This document shows positions 13,061-25,938 of a DNA stretch of 64,000 nt, one piece after another. The position numbers and the translations under genes are program-made. The DNA is taken from contig NC_043015.1 in the NCBI RefSeq assembly GCF_006345805.1, positions 3,348,001-3,412,000 of the forward strand. The letters run 5' to 3'. Positions within the stretch are counted from its first letter, which is position 1, and each line of letters opens with the position of its first letter. The notes under the pieces were generated by a model, which worked only from the letters and a program-made list of their open reading frames with translations, had not been told where the DNA came from and made no database searches. Source of the DNA: Octopus sinensis. Taxonomy: Eukaryota.

Positions 13061-14324
13061 ACATATATATATATATATAATTTTCGTTTTAAGATTTGGT
13101 TTACAAGGTAATTTATGTGAGTTCGTGTGTTGAAGCATATTATGTTGTGCCTGGGGAGAGTCATAATCTTTTGATACCTTATAATTTAACACAATCACCG
13201 GTAAAATTTCCCATTTTTAATAGCTTTCAATAGTCGGATATGCGTGTGCGCGACTTTGTATGTTTGTGTATGTATATGCATTTATTCATGCATGTACATG
13301 TATGTGAATTTCTAGAATAATTATTTCCACATTAGGCACGATGGGATGAACATTACTATTAACATTACAAGCATTCAATAGTTCCTGGAAATCTCATGTA
13401 CTTTTACCGAATACAAAATAAATTATATTCTGCTTTCTTTCCTATTATTACAAAAACAAAATTTTAATTTTCTAGACGAACATTGAAGAGAGTAAAAGAG
13501 TATGCTATACAAGAGTTAGTCTCATGTTTTCATACTATGATGTAATCAATGAACAAATCAATCTTCATTTTAACTGTAGAAATAGAATAGGAAGAAAGTG
13601 TGAACTGACAAAATTTATTGTATCACTGTAGAACATGTAATTCATAATTCAGACATAATCGTGAGAATGTTAGAGTAAAAGATGGATTAATATGTTATCA
13701 GCAAATACTTAATCACTTATTGACTATAAAAAAAACTCTGTAGTAATGTTTGCAATATAAGATTTAGCTTATATATCTTCATGTCATATTTCCTGCAATA
13801 TTTTTTTTCATAAATGCATTACTGTTCAAATAGGGTTCTTGCACACTCACATACATCCAGTCATACACACACCCAGGCAAACACACATACGCACGCGAAC
13901 ATACACTATACAGTAACATATTGATTCGATTCCATGCTACTACCATTTTCCTAGACACACGGTACAAATGTATTTCATCATTTGGCTTGAATCGAAGCCG
14001 GACGCAAGAGGTTTGTTTATGAGAAACTACGAATCTTTTGCAGGGTATCGAATCACATAGTATTTCCAAGATTTCTACTAACAACCAAAACGTGCTGGGT
14101 GCAACATTTTCCCCTTTCCCTCTAAACACACACAGATACGCACATATATATGCCTGTCCCTATATGATTTAGTGCGTGTTTGTTTGTCATTTGGGGCATT
14201 CATGCTCATTTCTTTATAGGCAAATACTTAAAATGAATGGCTTTCAGTTAACATTATATATAATCACATTAACATTGTTTACAAAAATCACTTTATATAT
14301 AAAGGTAGATAGACAGATAGTTAG

Positions 14325-14368
14325 ATATATAGATAGGTAGATAGATAGATAGATATATAGACATATAA

Positions 14369-14451
<83 letters not shown>

Positions 14452-14463
14452 GATAGATAGATA
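14325..14463. repeat. (GATA)n microsatellite
   Basis: Direct inspection; another run at about 29468-29590. Confidence 0.95.
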
Positions 14464-15208
14464 GGAACATACACCAACACACACAATCACACATATGTAT
14501 ATATCAATTTGCTGTCCCCTTCACCTTCATGTTTCGGTCACAATATACAATTATTGATGTGACTTAATTTCCTTCTAAACTTCGGTGGTTTATTTAATGC
14601 AATCTACTCTTCAATCGTTGAACGAGTTTGAATATCAATTACGGCAAGTAAAACCTCAACGATGGGTTACAAGATTCAGTTAAATCACGCTCTCCCACTA
14701 TCAGTAATTATCAGGCAGACACAAATAAATTTTCATCTGACAAACCTCCTATACCGAATGTATGATCTTGACTACTTTTCTTTTATCTTCTAACGCGTTG
14801 CTGTTTTAAAGAATTCTCTTTGTGATAATCTGTGATTACTAATTTAATTAGAAATAATTTTTTGCATCCGTTGCAAAAAATGTGTGTCATACTGATCTCG
14901 GCGGATAGCAGTAGCTAAGAGGAAATTAAGGATCATTTAAATAGTTAATGATAGTCTTTATGCGACACTTATTTTACAAAGAAAATGATATGAAATTTCG
15001 ATGAGCGATTAAACTTCTACACAGAAGGTGAATGACTTTATTTTTACTATTTTCTGCATTTCTTTTTAATTACTCTTCCTGATAAATATCCAAACAATAA
15101 TGGAGCAAATACAGTTCTTTACTTTTATAAAACCGACTTTAATTTTAAAATAAGCCACGGTTTATTGTCAATCAAGTGACAATTATTTCTTAGAAGATAT
15201 TGTATGTA

Positions 15209-15498
15209 TGGAGGCACAATGGTCTAGTGGTTAGGGCAGCGGACTCGCGGTCGTAGGATCACGGTTTCGATTCCCAGACCGGGTGTTGTGAGTGTTTATT
15301 GAGCGAAAACACCTAAAAGCTCCACGAAGCTCCGGCAGGGGGTGGTGATCCCTGCTGTACGCTTTCACCACTCTTTCTCTCACTCTTTCGTCTGTTGGCC
15401 TGCTCGCTTAGCCAGCGGGGTGGCGTCATTCGAAGGCTAAAGTAATGCGAACGCATTGTGACCAGCGATGTGTAGCAACATCTGATGGTCTGGTCGGT
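15209..15498 (+). mobile_element. tRNA-derived SINE, family H with tail type 1
   Basis: A box tggtctagtgg, B box gtttcgattcc; paralogous to 1846-2147. Confidence 0.9.
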
Positions 15499-15904
15499 AT
15501 ATATATTTGCATAGGCCAGGCGACTGTAAGTTGTAAGTTCAAATGCTGCTGAAATATAAAGACTATAAATATTGAAGCACATATTTTAGACGTATAAATC
15601 TTGGTTATGTTATATTGTTAATTTCAGAACATGTGTTGCGTCATGCAGTTGTCTGCTCGTCATAGGCATGCGAGGTGGGAAAACACTTTCCTGTATGAAA
15701 TTTTCTCATAATATTAGTTTGAGTGATTATATTATTTGTGTGTGTGTGTGTATTTATTCATGTATACATGATGCATAGATAAATATATCTACACATTAAT
15801 ATACATGCATATACATATGTATAGGTGTGTTGATTGACGCATAATGCTTGATATGCCCACGTATATCAATGCGTAATTATATCGAAGATTTTAATAGGAA
15901 ATAT

Positions 15905-16025
15905 TCTTTTACTTGTTTCAATCATTTGACTGCGACCATGCAACACTATCAAATCGACCCCACGATTTATTCTTTGTAAGCTTAGCACTAATTGTATCGG
16001 CTGAATGGTTACAATAAATGACACC
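15905..16025 (-). mobile_element. SINE 3' fragment
   Basis: ttcttttacttgtttcaatcatttgactgcgaccatg... shares its end with 2283-2310; family assignment from recall. Confidence 0.5.
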
Positions 16026-17343
16026 AAGTTACAATGATTTATCATTCCACATGATTAATCGCGTATGTAGGGTTTAAATAAAACGCGACTCAAAGCAAAG
16101 CGAATATGATCAAGCTATGAAAATAAATCTCGCTGAATCCCCAGCTATATCCAGCGTCAAAAATTTCTCAAATTTCCTGTAAATGAGGTAATACCGAACC
16201 TGAGAATGTCTCTTTCCGTATAGCCTCTCTGAATGACGTAATAAAAATACCTTGAAAATTGTCTGTGTGGCTTAAGCAAATATCTCACGTTGAATCGTTT
16301 ATCATATGTCAAATTAAAACACTAATTTACTCAATGAGTGTGTTGTACCCATCCGCTCTCCTCATACGCATTTGAAACAATATCGTAGTTTCCGATAATG
16401 TTCTATGTATATATAGGTATTTCATATTTTTTTTAATGCTACAGGGAATAATATTTATACCAGATGTATTTGGTTAGTGAATATATATTCTATTATATCT
16501 ATATTCGGCGTAATTTGGAAACGACAATTTTGAAATTGATTTTTTATAGAATTGATGTATCGTTTCTAGAAAGCAAGTCAGATTCAGTTATGATATATTT
16601 TTTTTTGTCAAATATGGTTCATATTGTAGAATTATTTTCTTATAAAGTACGATATATTCTTTGGAAATATGGCGTCATATTCTTCTGAACTTTAGGACAG
16701 GTTAAATTAAGATTTTACATAATGCATTTATCAACGTCATTTTATCAATGAATATCTTAAGATAGAAATATTCGTTGTAAATATAACTAAGAACCAATTT
16801 GAAAATTATTGCTTTATAATTATGTGTCCTTTTTTATATTCTGAAATATTGATGCTATAAATTAATTACTTAAAAACTAGAATGTATGTTTAAAACATGT
16901 ACAGTTTGCATCATCAATCAATCAAGCGTCCATCATTCGTTCAGAAGTCTCTAGTCGACATCTAGTTGCTAATGCAAATTTGAAACTACTAAAACAGGAA
17001 AAATGAAAATATAACATATTTACTTCCCATGCTGTATGTTGGCAAAACTTTGAGTGTAAGATGTTCAGTTCCTGATGCTGTATTTCCTTGGTGTTACAGC
17101 CATATGCAGCAATTTATGTATCTATAGCAAATAGCAAAGTGTAGTACTACAGGTTGCATATATCAAATGGAAATTAACTCCGTGTTTGCATATACTTGTT
17201 TAATCACACACCTACAAAGGCACTGATCACACACATTTCTGGTTATGTATCTGCGTCTGCGTGTGAACATGAAAGTAAATATTTAGAATATATATAGGAC
17301 AAGAAATATCTCAATGACGGCGGTATAAATATAAAAAAAAGTT

Positions 17344-17645
17344 TAATAATAATAATAATAATATAATAATAATAATTGTGTACAGTGCTCAGGTGCACTA
17401 CAACTCATCTAAAGTGTATATATAATCAGGTGTAGTTTCGGCGGATTTCGGAAAGCATGAGGGCCTTAAAGGATGCAGTGTCATGGCAGTCAACAACTGA
17501 CGCAGGCAGTTTATTCCACGCTTCAGCAACCCTGAGCGTGAAAAAATGTTTCCGAAAGTCATGGGAGCTGTGCTGTTTTCTGAATTTGTAGGCATGTCCA
17601 CGTGTGTTAGACACATGGAGGTTTACTAACTTCACTTGCATGAAT
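17344..17645 (-). mobile_element. 5'-truncated CR1-clade LINE (RT C-terminus, 3' UTR, (ATT)n tail)
   Basis: ORF 17426-17641 reads NTRGHAYKFRKQHSSHDFRKHFFTLRVAEAWNKLPASVV; terminal stem-loop gtgc-acctga-gcac followed by (ATT)n. Confidence 0.85.
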
Positions 17646-18296
17646 CTTTTGAGGTAATCATTACCCTATAATATGCGAGATGAGCCTTAACATTGTGGCT
17701 TAAGCAAGTATCTACCAATAAAACATTTACTACAACTCGAAGAATAACAAACTTATGTTAGGAATTGAAATATGCTAGCTCACATACATGAACAAACATT
17801 GTCATCTGATTTAGTTTGTGCACCATTTCTAAACTTCTGATATGACAAAAACATATTGGAATGATACTTTGTTATTAAAATTGAGATCAGCGTGTGTCGA
17901 TCGCCTTTTACTTGTATGGGTAAATTTTATCTCGTGTTTTCATAGCTATTTTGAGGTAGTGAAAATGGATGAAAGCGAAAGTATATTACAGAAAATATAT
18001 ATATATATTTCAATGAAACGTTGTAGATAATTTTCTTTATAAATATTTGAGTAGTCAGTGAGCGCTAGGATTCAAAAATTTAATTTAGAATGCGGTTTAT
18101 GAAAGAGCAAAAGAAGGAATAAAATAATAAAGGAAAATAAAAATAAATAATAAAAACAAGGCTGATATTTGATTTGACAAATATGACATCATTTGAATAT
18201 TCAAGTACCGCAACATATAAAAATATACATATATATATATGTATACACATATATGCATAAATGTATATATATATACATATACAGATATATGTATGT

Positions 18297-18370
<74 letters not shown>

Positions 18371-19065
18371 GTATATATATATATATGTGTGTGTGTGTGG
18401 TGTGTGTGTGTGTGTGTGTGTATGTGTGTGTGTGTTTTTGATATCCATATACCTGTGTGTGTGAGAGTATGTATAAAAACACAGTACTTTCACATATAAC
18501 TAAGAAATTCATTGTGCTGAATATTGTCTTCCTTAAAATCGTCCAATCGATAATATTTACAATTAGTTATAGATAATACATTAATTCATAATCATTCTGA
18601 ATAAGATTTTTCTGAAATCCTTACAAATGATGCCATCACAACTTGACGTAATTCGTTTGGAGATTTATATAAATAATTCAAATTAATAACACTAACTTAT
18701 TATAATTTAATCTACATAATGCTCCACAAGTGTATCTTTCTACATGCGATAGTGATTATCTGAAAGTAAAGACACTCAACAAAAATTTAATATGTGGAAT
18801 GTATGCTTCCCTGCATGGTAAATATATAATATGCTGCTACATTTCATATATTGTAAACACACACACACAAATGTATGCATGTATTTAAATGTGAGTGTGG
18901 AGGTATATAATTTATAATTCACATGCTCCCGCTCACACATACCCTCATACATGCATATATATAACCCTGCATACTTGTATATACCTCTCTATCTACAAAT
19001 AGATAAATGTCTATCTTTCTCTCTCTATCTGTCTCTCACTTTATATATGTGTGTGTGTATGTATG

Positions 19066-19115
<50 letters not shown>

Positions 19116-19914
19116 CTCACAAACACACATGCAAACGCTCATTTATTTATAAGAATTTGCTTACAAATTCATTGTTTGTCGACTGCAAATGCTTACAGGT
19201 ATAGAATATGTTCATCTGCTGTTATTCTTTCTACCTAGGTTTATCCGGAAGAGAAACTCACTGTTGTTGCATTACATTTATGCAATAGAGATGTTAATTT
19301 TTATATCTATACATATCCGAATACATGAACTGTTGAGTTTATATGCATATTCCTAATTATGTATATCTACACCTATATTTGTATATACAGACATATATAC
19401 ATACATGTGCGTATATGCATATGCATGTCTATGTGCGCACCTCTCTGTGTGTATGTGCGTGGGTGTTTGTATGTTATGTGTGAGAGAATAAGTGCGTGTA
19501 TATAGGTGAATGCACGCATGGGTTTGAAAATCCTGAAGTTAAATTCTTCCTTCTCTAATGAAGTTTGTTGTTTACAATTCTTTCGTTATTTTTCGAATAT
19601 GCCTTGTTCCCAGATATTGTAATTGAATTATTGGAAGCATGGAGAGGTTGTTGACTCTCGGAAAACGCTGGTTATCTGGTGAACTACTTGTTCATTCTGA
19701 GTTTGATATATTAATCTGATAATAAATATTTTAGGAGATTCAGCTACTTTCAGTTGTATTTCATTTCATATTCTTGATATCTTTATAACATTATAGGGCC
19801 ATATCGCCCTATAAATGATACATACTCCAAATTAACATAAATGTGAACCCCTGTTTAAGTACAATTTGTATCATATAAGAAACATTTAATCCCTGTGATG
19901 AATATCATGCGATA

Positions 19915-20045
19915 CTCGAGCAGTTAATTTGTGTGAGGTCAGCAATTTTATGGGACGTGACAAATCCATTTCACCGCGTTTTTATTGATGATCCTGAAAG
20001 GTTGAATGCGAAAACGACCTCGGCGGAACTTGGGATCCGACCACG
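19915..20045 (-). mobile_element. Decayed SINE fragment of the 63728-63930 family
   Basis: atcctgaaaggttgaatgcgaaaacgacctcggcggaact resembles gaggatgaaaggcaaagtcgatctcggcggaattt at about 63835-63870. Confidence 0.55.
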
Positions 20046-21084
20046 AAGATGAATGATATGGCGTTAAGCATTTTACATTTTACCTGGCGTGATAACCATT
20101 CTGACAGCTCAAAATTTTACCCTTTTGAAATACCTATAAAAATATTTATGAAATATTTTACACGCTCAATTAAGAAATGGAAATATATTAAAACTCTGAC
20201 AGTTTTTCGTTCGAATTGGCATCGGATTTTACAAGATCATCTAGTACTTTCTAAACATCAGTATCTTTACTGGAATTAATGATACTTTCACTCGAGATAT
20301 TCACCTTGTGTTACAAATTTATTAAGTAATTGCTTTCGAAAGATAGTTACTACCATCCGATGATTATCGTGGATTCATTTCCAAATATATCCTTCTTTAC
20401 TATAATACGTATTTTATCAGGAATTCAGAAAGAATAACAATCAGATGCTACTCAGCACAAATAACATATTAGTGAGGGAGAACTGAATGCATTAGATTTT
20501 CTCCCTCTGGATTGTAACTTAACCGAGTAATTAAACGTAACTAATATAATTCACTGTAAAATGACAAGTCATTTAATAAAGTACTAGATCTTCAGTATAT
20601 AGTTTTTTAATGCAGTTGTGTGAGGATTTGCATAGATGTGTTCTTATGTAAATATTTGGCAGAAAAATGCTTTTATAAATATAATTATAATAAATCTGGT
20701 TTTCACCTCTGTAATTGGATCAATATATAATGTAAATATATTATATCGCACGTGGATAATTAAAAATAACAATGCTAGAGGTATTCAACACAATCACTTA
20801 ACATCAGAAGCAATTAAAACATACGAAAGTAAGATAACAAAAATCTTGGAAAATACGTATTACGCAATGTTAAATGGCAAAGAGATATATGACAAAAACT
20901 TAGTTTCTGTGCACACTTATAACGATGTAAATCACTAGGAGCTATTAATATTCAGCCTTTCATCATCCTTGAACTTATTACATATATAACATAAAATTCT
21001 GCGTGATGTCTCAGAGTATTATTTGAATTCTATGCAGGGATATATGTGGGTACATATTTATGTTTGTTTATATATTTATATGTA

Positions 21085-21128
<44 letters not shown>

Positions 21129-21135
21129 TATTATA

Positions 21136-21188
<53 letters not shown>

Positions 21189-21190
21189 AT

Positions 21191-21225
<35 letters not shown>

Positions 21226-21226
<1 letters not shown>

Positions 21227-21505
21227 AGGAAATGAAGAAAATGCTGACAAAATAATTTAAGTAATTTAAGTAATTTAATTAGGTGACAGTTCTTTTTACC
21301 GGTTGCGCATTTGTTATGCTTATCAAAAGTTTTTTCCTCTTATCTGATAAGAGGAAAAAACTTTTGATAAGCATAACAAATGCGCAACCGGTAAAAAGAT
21401 CTTTCACCTAATTAAATTACTTAAATTAGTTAAATTATTTTGTCAGCATTTTCTTCATTTCCTTTTTTATATATCACAACTCGTGTTCCACATCTCCTTT
21501 TTTTA
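21226..21505. mobile_element. Fold-back family A copy (hairpin 21226-21464, centre 21345, plus a one-sided tail)
   Basis: Arms of about 119 bp are near-perfect reverse complements around cttatc-t-gataag; tail tatatcacaactcgtg...catctcc on the right side only; (TA)n flanks. Confidence 0.9.
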
Positions 21506-21522
21506 ATATATATATATATATA

Positions 21523-21922
21523 ATATTAAAGTAGAGATAAAACCAATATTAGGCAAATCATACGATGAAAAACTTAAGCCAATACATAAGATTAATTAAT
21601 TTATATTATTTTAAATATATATCAAAATTATTAAGAAAAGATAATTAGTATAACACTACGATCGTTTCATGGCTTTCCAATTCGTAAAAATTCGAGTTAC
21701 AGTCATTCTTCAGGTGATTGAAATATTTAACTTGGCGAGGTTTAATCAATGACTGTAACTCGAATTGGACAGCCATGAAACGATCGTAGTGTTATACTAA
21801 TTATCTTTTTATAATAATGTTGATATATATTTAAAATAATATAAATCAATTAATCTTATGTATTGGATTTAGTTTTTCATTGTATGATTTGCCTAATAGT
21901 GGTTTTATCTCTAATTTAATAT
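21523..21922. mobile_element. Fold-back element with imperfect arms of about 180 bp, (TA)n-flanked, hammerhead-bearing
   Basis: Left arm 21523-21706 vs right arm 21748-21922 (e.g. aattcgagttacagtcatt / aatgactgtaactcgaatt). Confidence 0.9.
21654..21716 (-). ncRNA. Type I hammerhead ribozyme, canonical core
   Basis: The minus strand reads CAC-CUGAAGA-AUG(A)CU...AG(C)CAU-GAAAC-GAUC-GUA-GUG; palindromic stem III ACGAUCGU; 3-bp stem I. Confidence 0.75.
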
Positions 21923-21927
21923 AATAT

Positions 21928-21959
<32 letters not shown>

Positions 21960-21978
21960 ATATATTATATATATATAT

Positions 21979-22020
<42 letters not shown>

Positions 22021-22022
<2 letters not shown>

Positions 22023-22093
22023 CAATATATACGTATATACATACGTGCATATATACATACATATATGTATACACACATATATGTATATATATA

Positions 22094-22134
<41 letters not shown>

Positions 22135-22191
22135 TGTGTGTATACGTATATGTATGTATATATGCACGTATGTATATACGTATATATTGTC
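22021..22191. repeat. Near-perfect inverted duplication of a degenerate TA/TACA tract centred on (TA)n (about 22106)
   Basis: gacaatatatacgtatatacatacgtgc... at 22021 and its reverse complement ending attgtc at 22191; mirror ORFs in the track. Confidence 0.85.
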
Positions 22192-22283
22192 ATATATATA
22201 TATATATGTATGTATATATATTATATATATATATTATATATATATATATTATATATATATAATAACATATTAGGGAATAAATG

Positions 22284-22314
<31 letters not shown>

Positions 22315-22479
22315 ACGTACAGACATACATATAAAGGTATATATATATATATATATATATACTTTGTAGTATTTCTGATCAATTATGATTTTTAAAATAC
22401 GCCAAAAATCTGCATCCTATAAATATGAGGCGCTGACAGATTGATTAATGAGCGTTGCAGTTCTATTTAGCAAAACTGA

Positions 22480-22637
22480 AGCTGAGCACAATTCCATAGG
22501 GATAAACTTGTCATTAGGAAGACTCAGAAGCAACGTACAAATACTTATGGTTAGCTTCAACTAGCACATCCACCCCAAAGTCAATATCTAGTACCAAATT
22601 CGGAAAGCATAATCTCGAATAGGATCTACTGCTACTG

Positions 22638-22668
<31 letters not shown>

Positions 22669-22697
22669 AACAACTACTACTACTACTACTACTTCTA

Positions 22698-22731
<34 letters not shown>

Positions 22732-22754
22732 AACAACTAATAATAATAATAATG

Positions 22755-22797
<43 letters not shown>

Positions 22798-25200
22798 TAC
22801 TACTGAATAATAATGATAATAATAATAATAATAATATGAAAAAGTGCAGCTAAAGCAAAATATCCTCTCCAAAGCACAAATATTCCCCCGGCATGAGAAA
22901 TTCCAGCGTTTCTTTTTAAAAAAACGGTTCATGTCCACTCCAAAACGATTCTTCCAAGAACTTGGCTCAAATTAGATAGCGAACAATGTTTTACAAGTAG
23001 CAAGATTTTGGAAAGAAATATGGCCGATGACGGTAAGATACGAGAAAAGATATAGTAAAACAATGAATACAACACATGGACAACTCTGGACCTCTGTAAG
23101 AACTGAAGAGATCACACGGGTACTTCATGAGCTATGCGACTGAAGGCACACGGACACGTCAAAATCCCCAACGTTTGGTTAACATACTGAAGCGGAACAT
23201 ATAAAAAGTCGGCTGAGACGATACCTGAATGGCTGACCAAAGGGAAAATGGTCTTAATTCTCAAATCCACTTGAACGACTAACACAGGAAATTAGAAACC
23301 AATAAAGTGTCTACCTGCAATTTACAGAAACATTACTTAATAATATTGCAGGAAATTACCAAACAACTGGAAGAAAACAAACTGTTTCCAGAAAAGCAGA
23401 GGGGTTACTGCAAGTGCTCAGGCGGATGTAAATATGAGCTACTGATCAATAAATCCATAACTGAAAACAGGCGCAGGAAAAAGAAATGTCTAAGTATGTC
23501 CTGGATCCATTACCGAAAGGCGGTTGATAGTGTTCTCCACACATGAATCCTAGAAACTCTAGTCATCAACGAGATAACACCAAGAATCATAAAATATATA
23601 AAACATTCCATGAATAAATGGCAGACAGTGCTAGACCTCCAGACAAAGAGGGGCTCATGAAAACTAAAGTCACCCTAATAGAAGAGGAATGTTGCAGGGA
23701 GGCACACTCTCTCCACTTCTTTTCTGTTTGACACTGACATCCTTGTCTTACTTGTGTAACAGAACTGGAAGTGGATGCAGCTGTTGCGGCAAAACAATCA
23801 GCCACTCTCATATATGAATGATCTAAAACTGTACGCTACAAATGGTAAATAGCTGATACATTCTTTCAGACAGTACGAAATATAGTTCAGTCAAATGTGC
23901 CAAAGACAACTTGAAAGGAGGAAAACTAATTAAGATTAGCTAAATCATACTAGATAAAGCAAAAGAAAAAAGATAATTCAACAAAAGGCAGACATATAAA
24001 GACTTAGGTATCAATGAACAAGATGCGATACAACGCACATAAATGAAAGAGAAGAAAAGAAAAGAACACTTTGACGAGTTCGATTATTACTGAAAACAGA
24101 GTTCGATGCGAATAACAAGATAATAGGTACACACACTCTAGCTGTCCCAGTTATAATTTACAGCTACAATATTCTTAATTGGACTCAAAATGAGCTGATC
24201 AAAATAGAGAGGAAAATAAGGAAAACAATGATAGGATTTAGGAAGCACCACCCACATTCTGACATAGAAAGATTATATATGCAAATTATCGGAGGCGGTA
24301 GGAACTATATGAATATAAAACACTATAACAAAATAAGCACCATAGGACAACAAAAATACCTACTTAACGAGCAAAGAAATCTAATAAAATAAACATAAAA
24401 AACGAGCAAAACAAAAGCCTGACAAATACAAAATGAAGTTATAGTACCTAACAAAAAAAAAGGATAAAATAACTGAAATCCAATCTAAAACTGGAACAGC
24501 AATGGATCATGGTAAAACAATGGCCCCCCGGTTAAACTAAATCCAGAAGCGAAATAGACAAAACAAAATCCCAATAATGACTGAGAAGCTCAGGACTCAA
24601 AGCTGAGAGTGCAGTAAAATGTCAAAGCATTCCCACTAGAAATGAAATACTGGTTACTGCCTGCATAATATGTGAAGATTAAGAAGAATCAATAAATCAT
24701 ATTGTCTCTTCCTGCCCAGTTCTGGCAAAGAAAAATATACGACAGAGTTTGGATCTATATACACTGGAAGCTGCCACTACCACAGGTTGATAACTGGTGC
24801 TTGATTGCTTACGTATCCCGAAGTATTTATCGGTTAAGCATAAGCACGGATAGAAAAATAACCAGACAAAAGAAAATCACTTTTTCTATTTGTTCGACTA
24901 AAACCAATCCGAGGACTGCCCCATCTTAGCCGCAACCCAATGAACGAAACATTTGAAATACAAAACAATCTTATCAATAAGTCAATATACTTTCCCGGAA
25001 GTATATTTCCAATTTTTTGCACAGTACGATAATTTTCTGAGAAAGATGCCAGGGGCTGTGACGCTGTGGTGCTGTGGCACTGTGACGAGAGTAAGAAGAT
25101 TATACCAGGGAATACGAATTTTGCTACATTCTTCAATACGGAAAGAACAATATCTAAATTGGCTTCAGTCGGACTTGTACTGAAAATAGAAAAATAATAT
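22480..25200 (+). mobile_element. Decayed RLE-type non-LTR retrotransposon (R4/Dong-like): RT, CCHC knuckle, RLE region
   Basis: LFPEKQRG..GCKYELLINKSI..LSMSWIHYRKAVDSVLH (ORF 23307-23546); CIICED*EESINHIVSSCPVLA near 24660-24730; many stops and frameshifts. Confidence 0.85.
22627..22838. repeat. Compound (TAC)n/(TAA)n microsatellite
   Basis: Direct inspection; lies between two apparent pieces of the RLE LINE ORF. Confidence 0.95.
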
Positions 25201-25506
25201 GAAAAAATCAAAGCACTCTCACCGATCATTCCAAACCAGTTCTGAAATGATAATTACTACAGTGTCTATGAAGACTAGATATGAGCATGTTATAAAAAAT
25301 ATATATTAAACGCCACTGGTCAATTTCCCTACATTTGCATTTAGCATGGATGTGCTGCTAGTTTTACTGTACGTTCTGCTGCTAAAACAAAACTGTCCGA
25401 CGAACGGGAACGTTAAACTCTGAGTAATGGCTTTCGTTATATGTCTGCTGTTTTTAAATAATATATATATATATACATATGTATATTGTATATATATATA
25501 TATAAT

Positions 25507-25581
<75 letters not shown>

Positions 25582-25590
25582 CATATATAT

Positions 25591-25901
25591 AAAGGAAATG
25601 AAGAAAATGCTGACAAATATTGAAGTAATTTAAGTAATTTAATTAGGTGAAAGTTCTTTTTACCGGTTGCGAATTTGTTATGCTTATCAAATAAAAAGAG
25701 AGATTAGAGTTCCTTTCTTATAGAATTTTTCCTCTTATTCTATAAGAAAGGAACTCTAATCTCTCTTTTATATTTTGATAAGCATAACAAATGCGCAACC
25801 GGTAAAAAGAATTAATTTATTTAAATTACTTCAATTATTTGTCAGCATTTTCTTCATTTCCTTTTTTATATATCACCACTCGTGTTCGACATCTCCTTTT
25901 T
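25591..25901. mobile_element. Fold-back family A copy with longer arms (loop ttttcctctt at 25727-25736) plus a one-sided tail
   Basis: Reverse-complement arms; same tail as 21465-21505; (TA)n flanks. Confidence 0.9.
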
Positions 25902-25903
25902 CT

Positions 25904-25938
<35 letters not shown>

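Noticed and set aside
17020-17150. Minus-strand exon candidate with plausible splice signals
   Set aside because: Stops in all frames from the plausible acceptors, and no recognisable protein.
20636-20938. 100-aa non-repetitive ORF
   Set aside because: Starts at a non-ATG codon, is AT-rich, has no recognisable domain, and is expected by chance.
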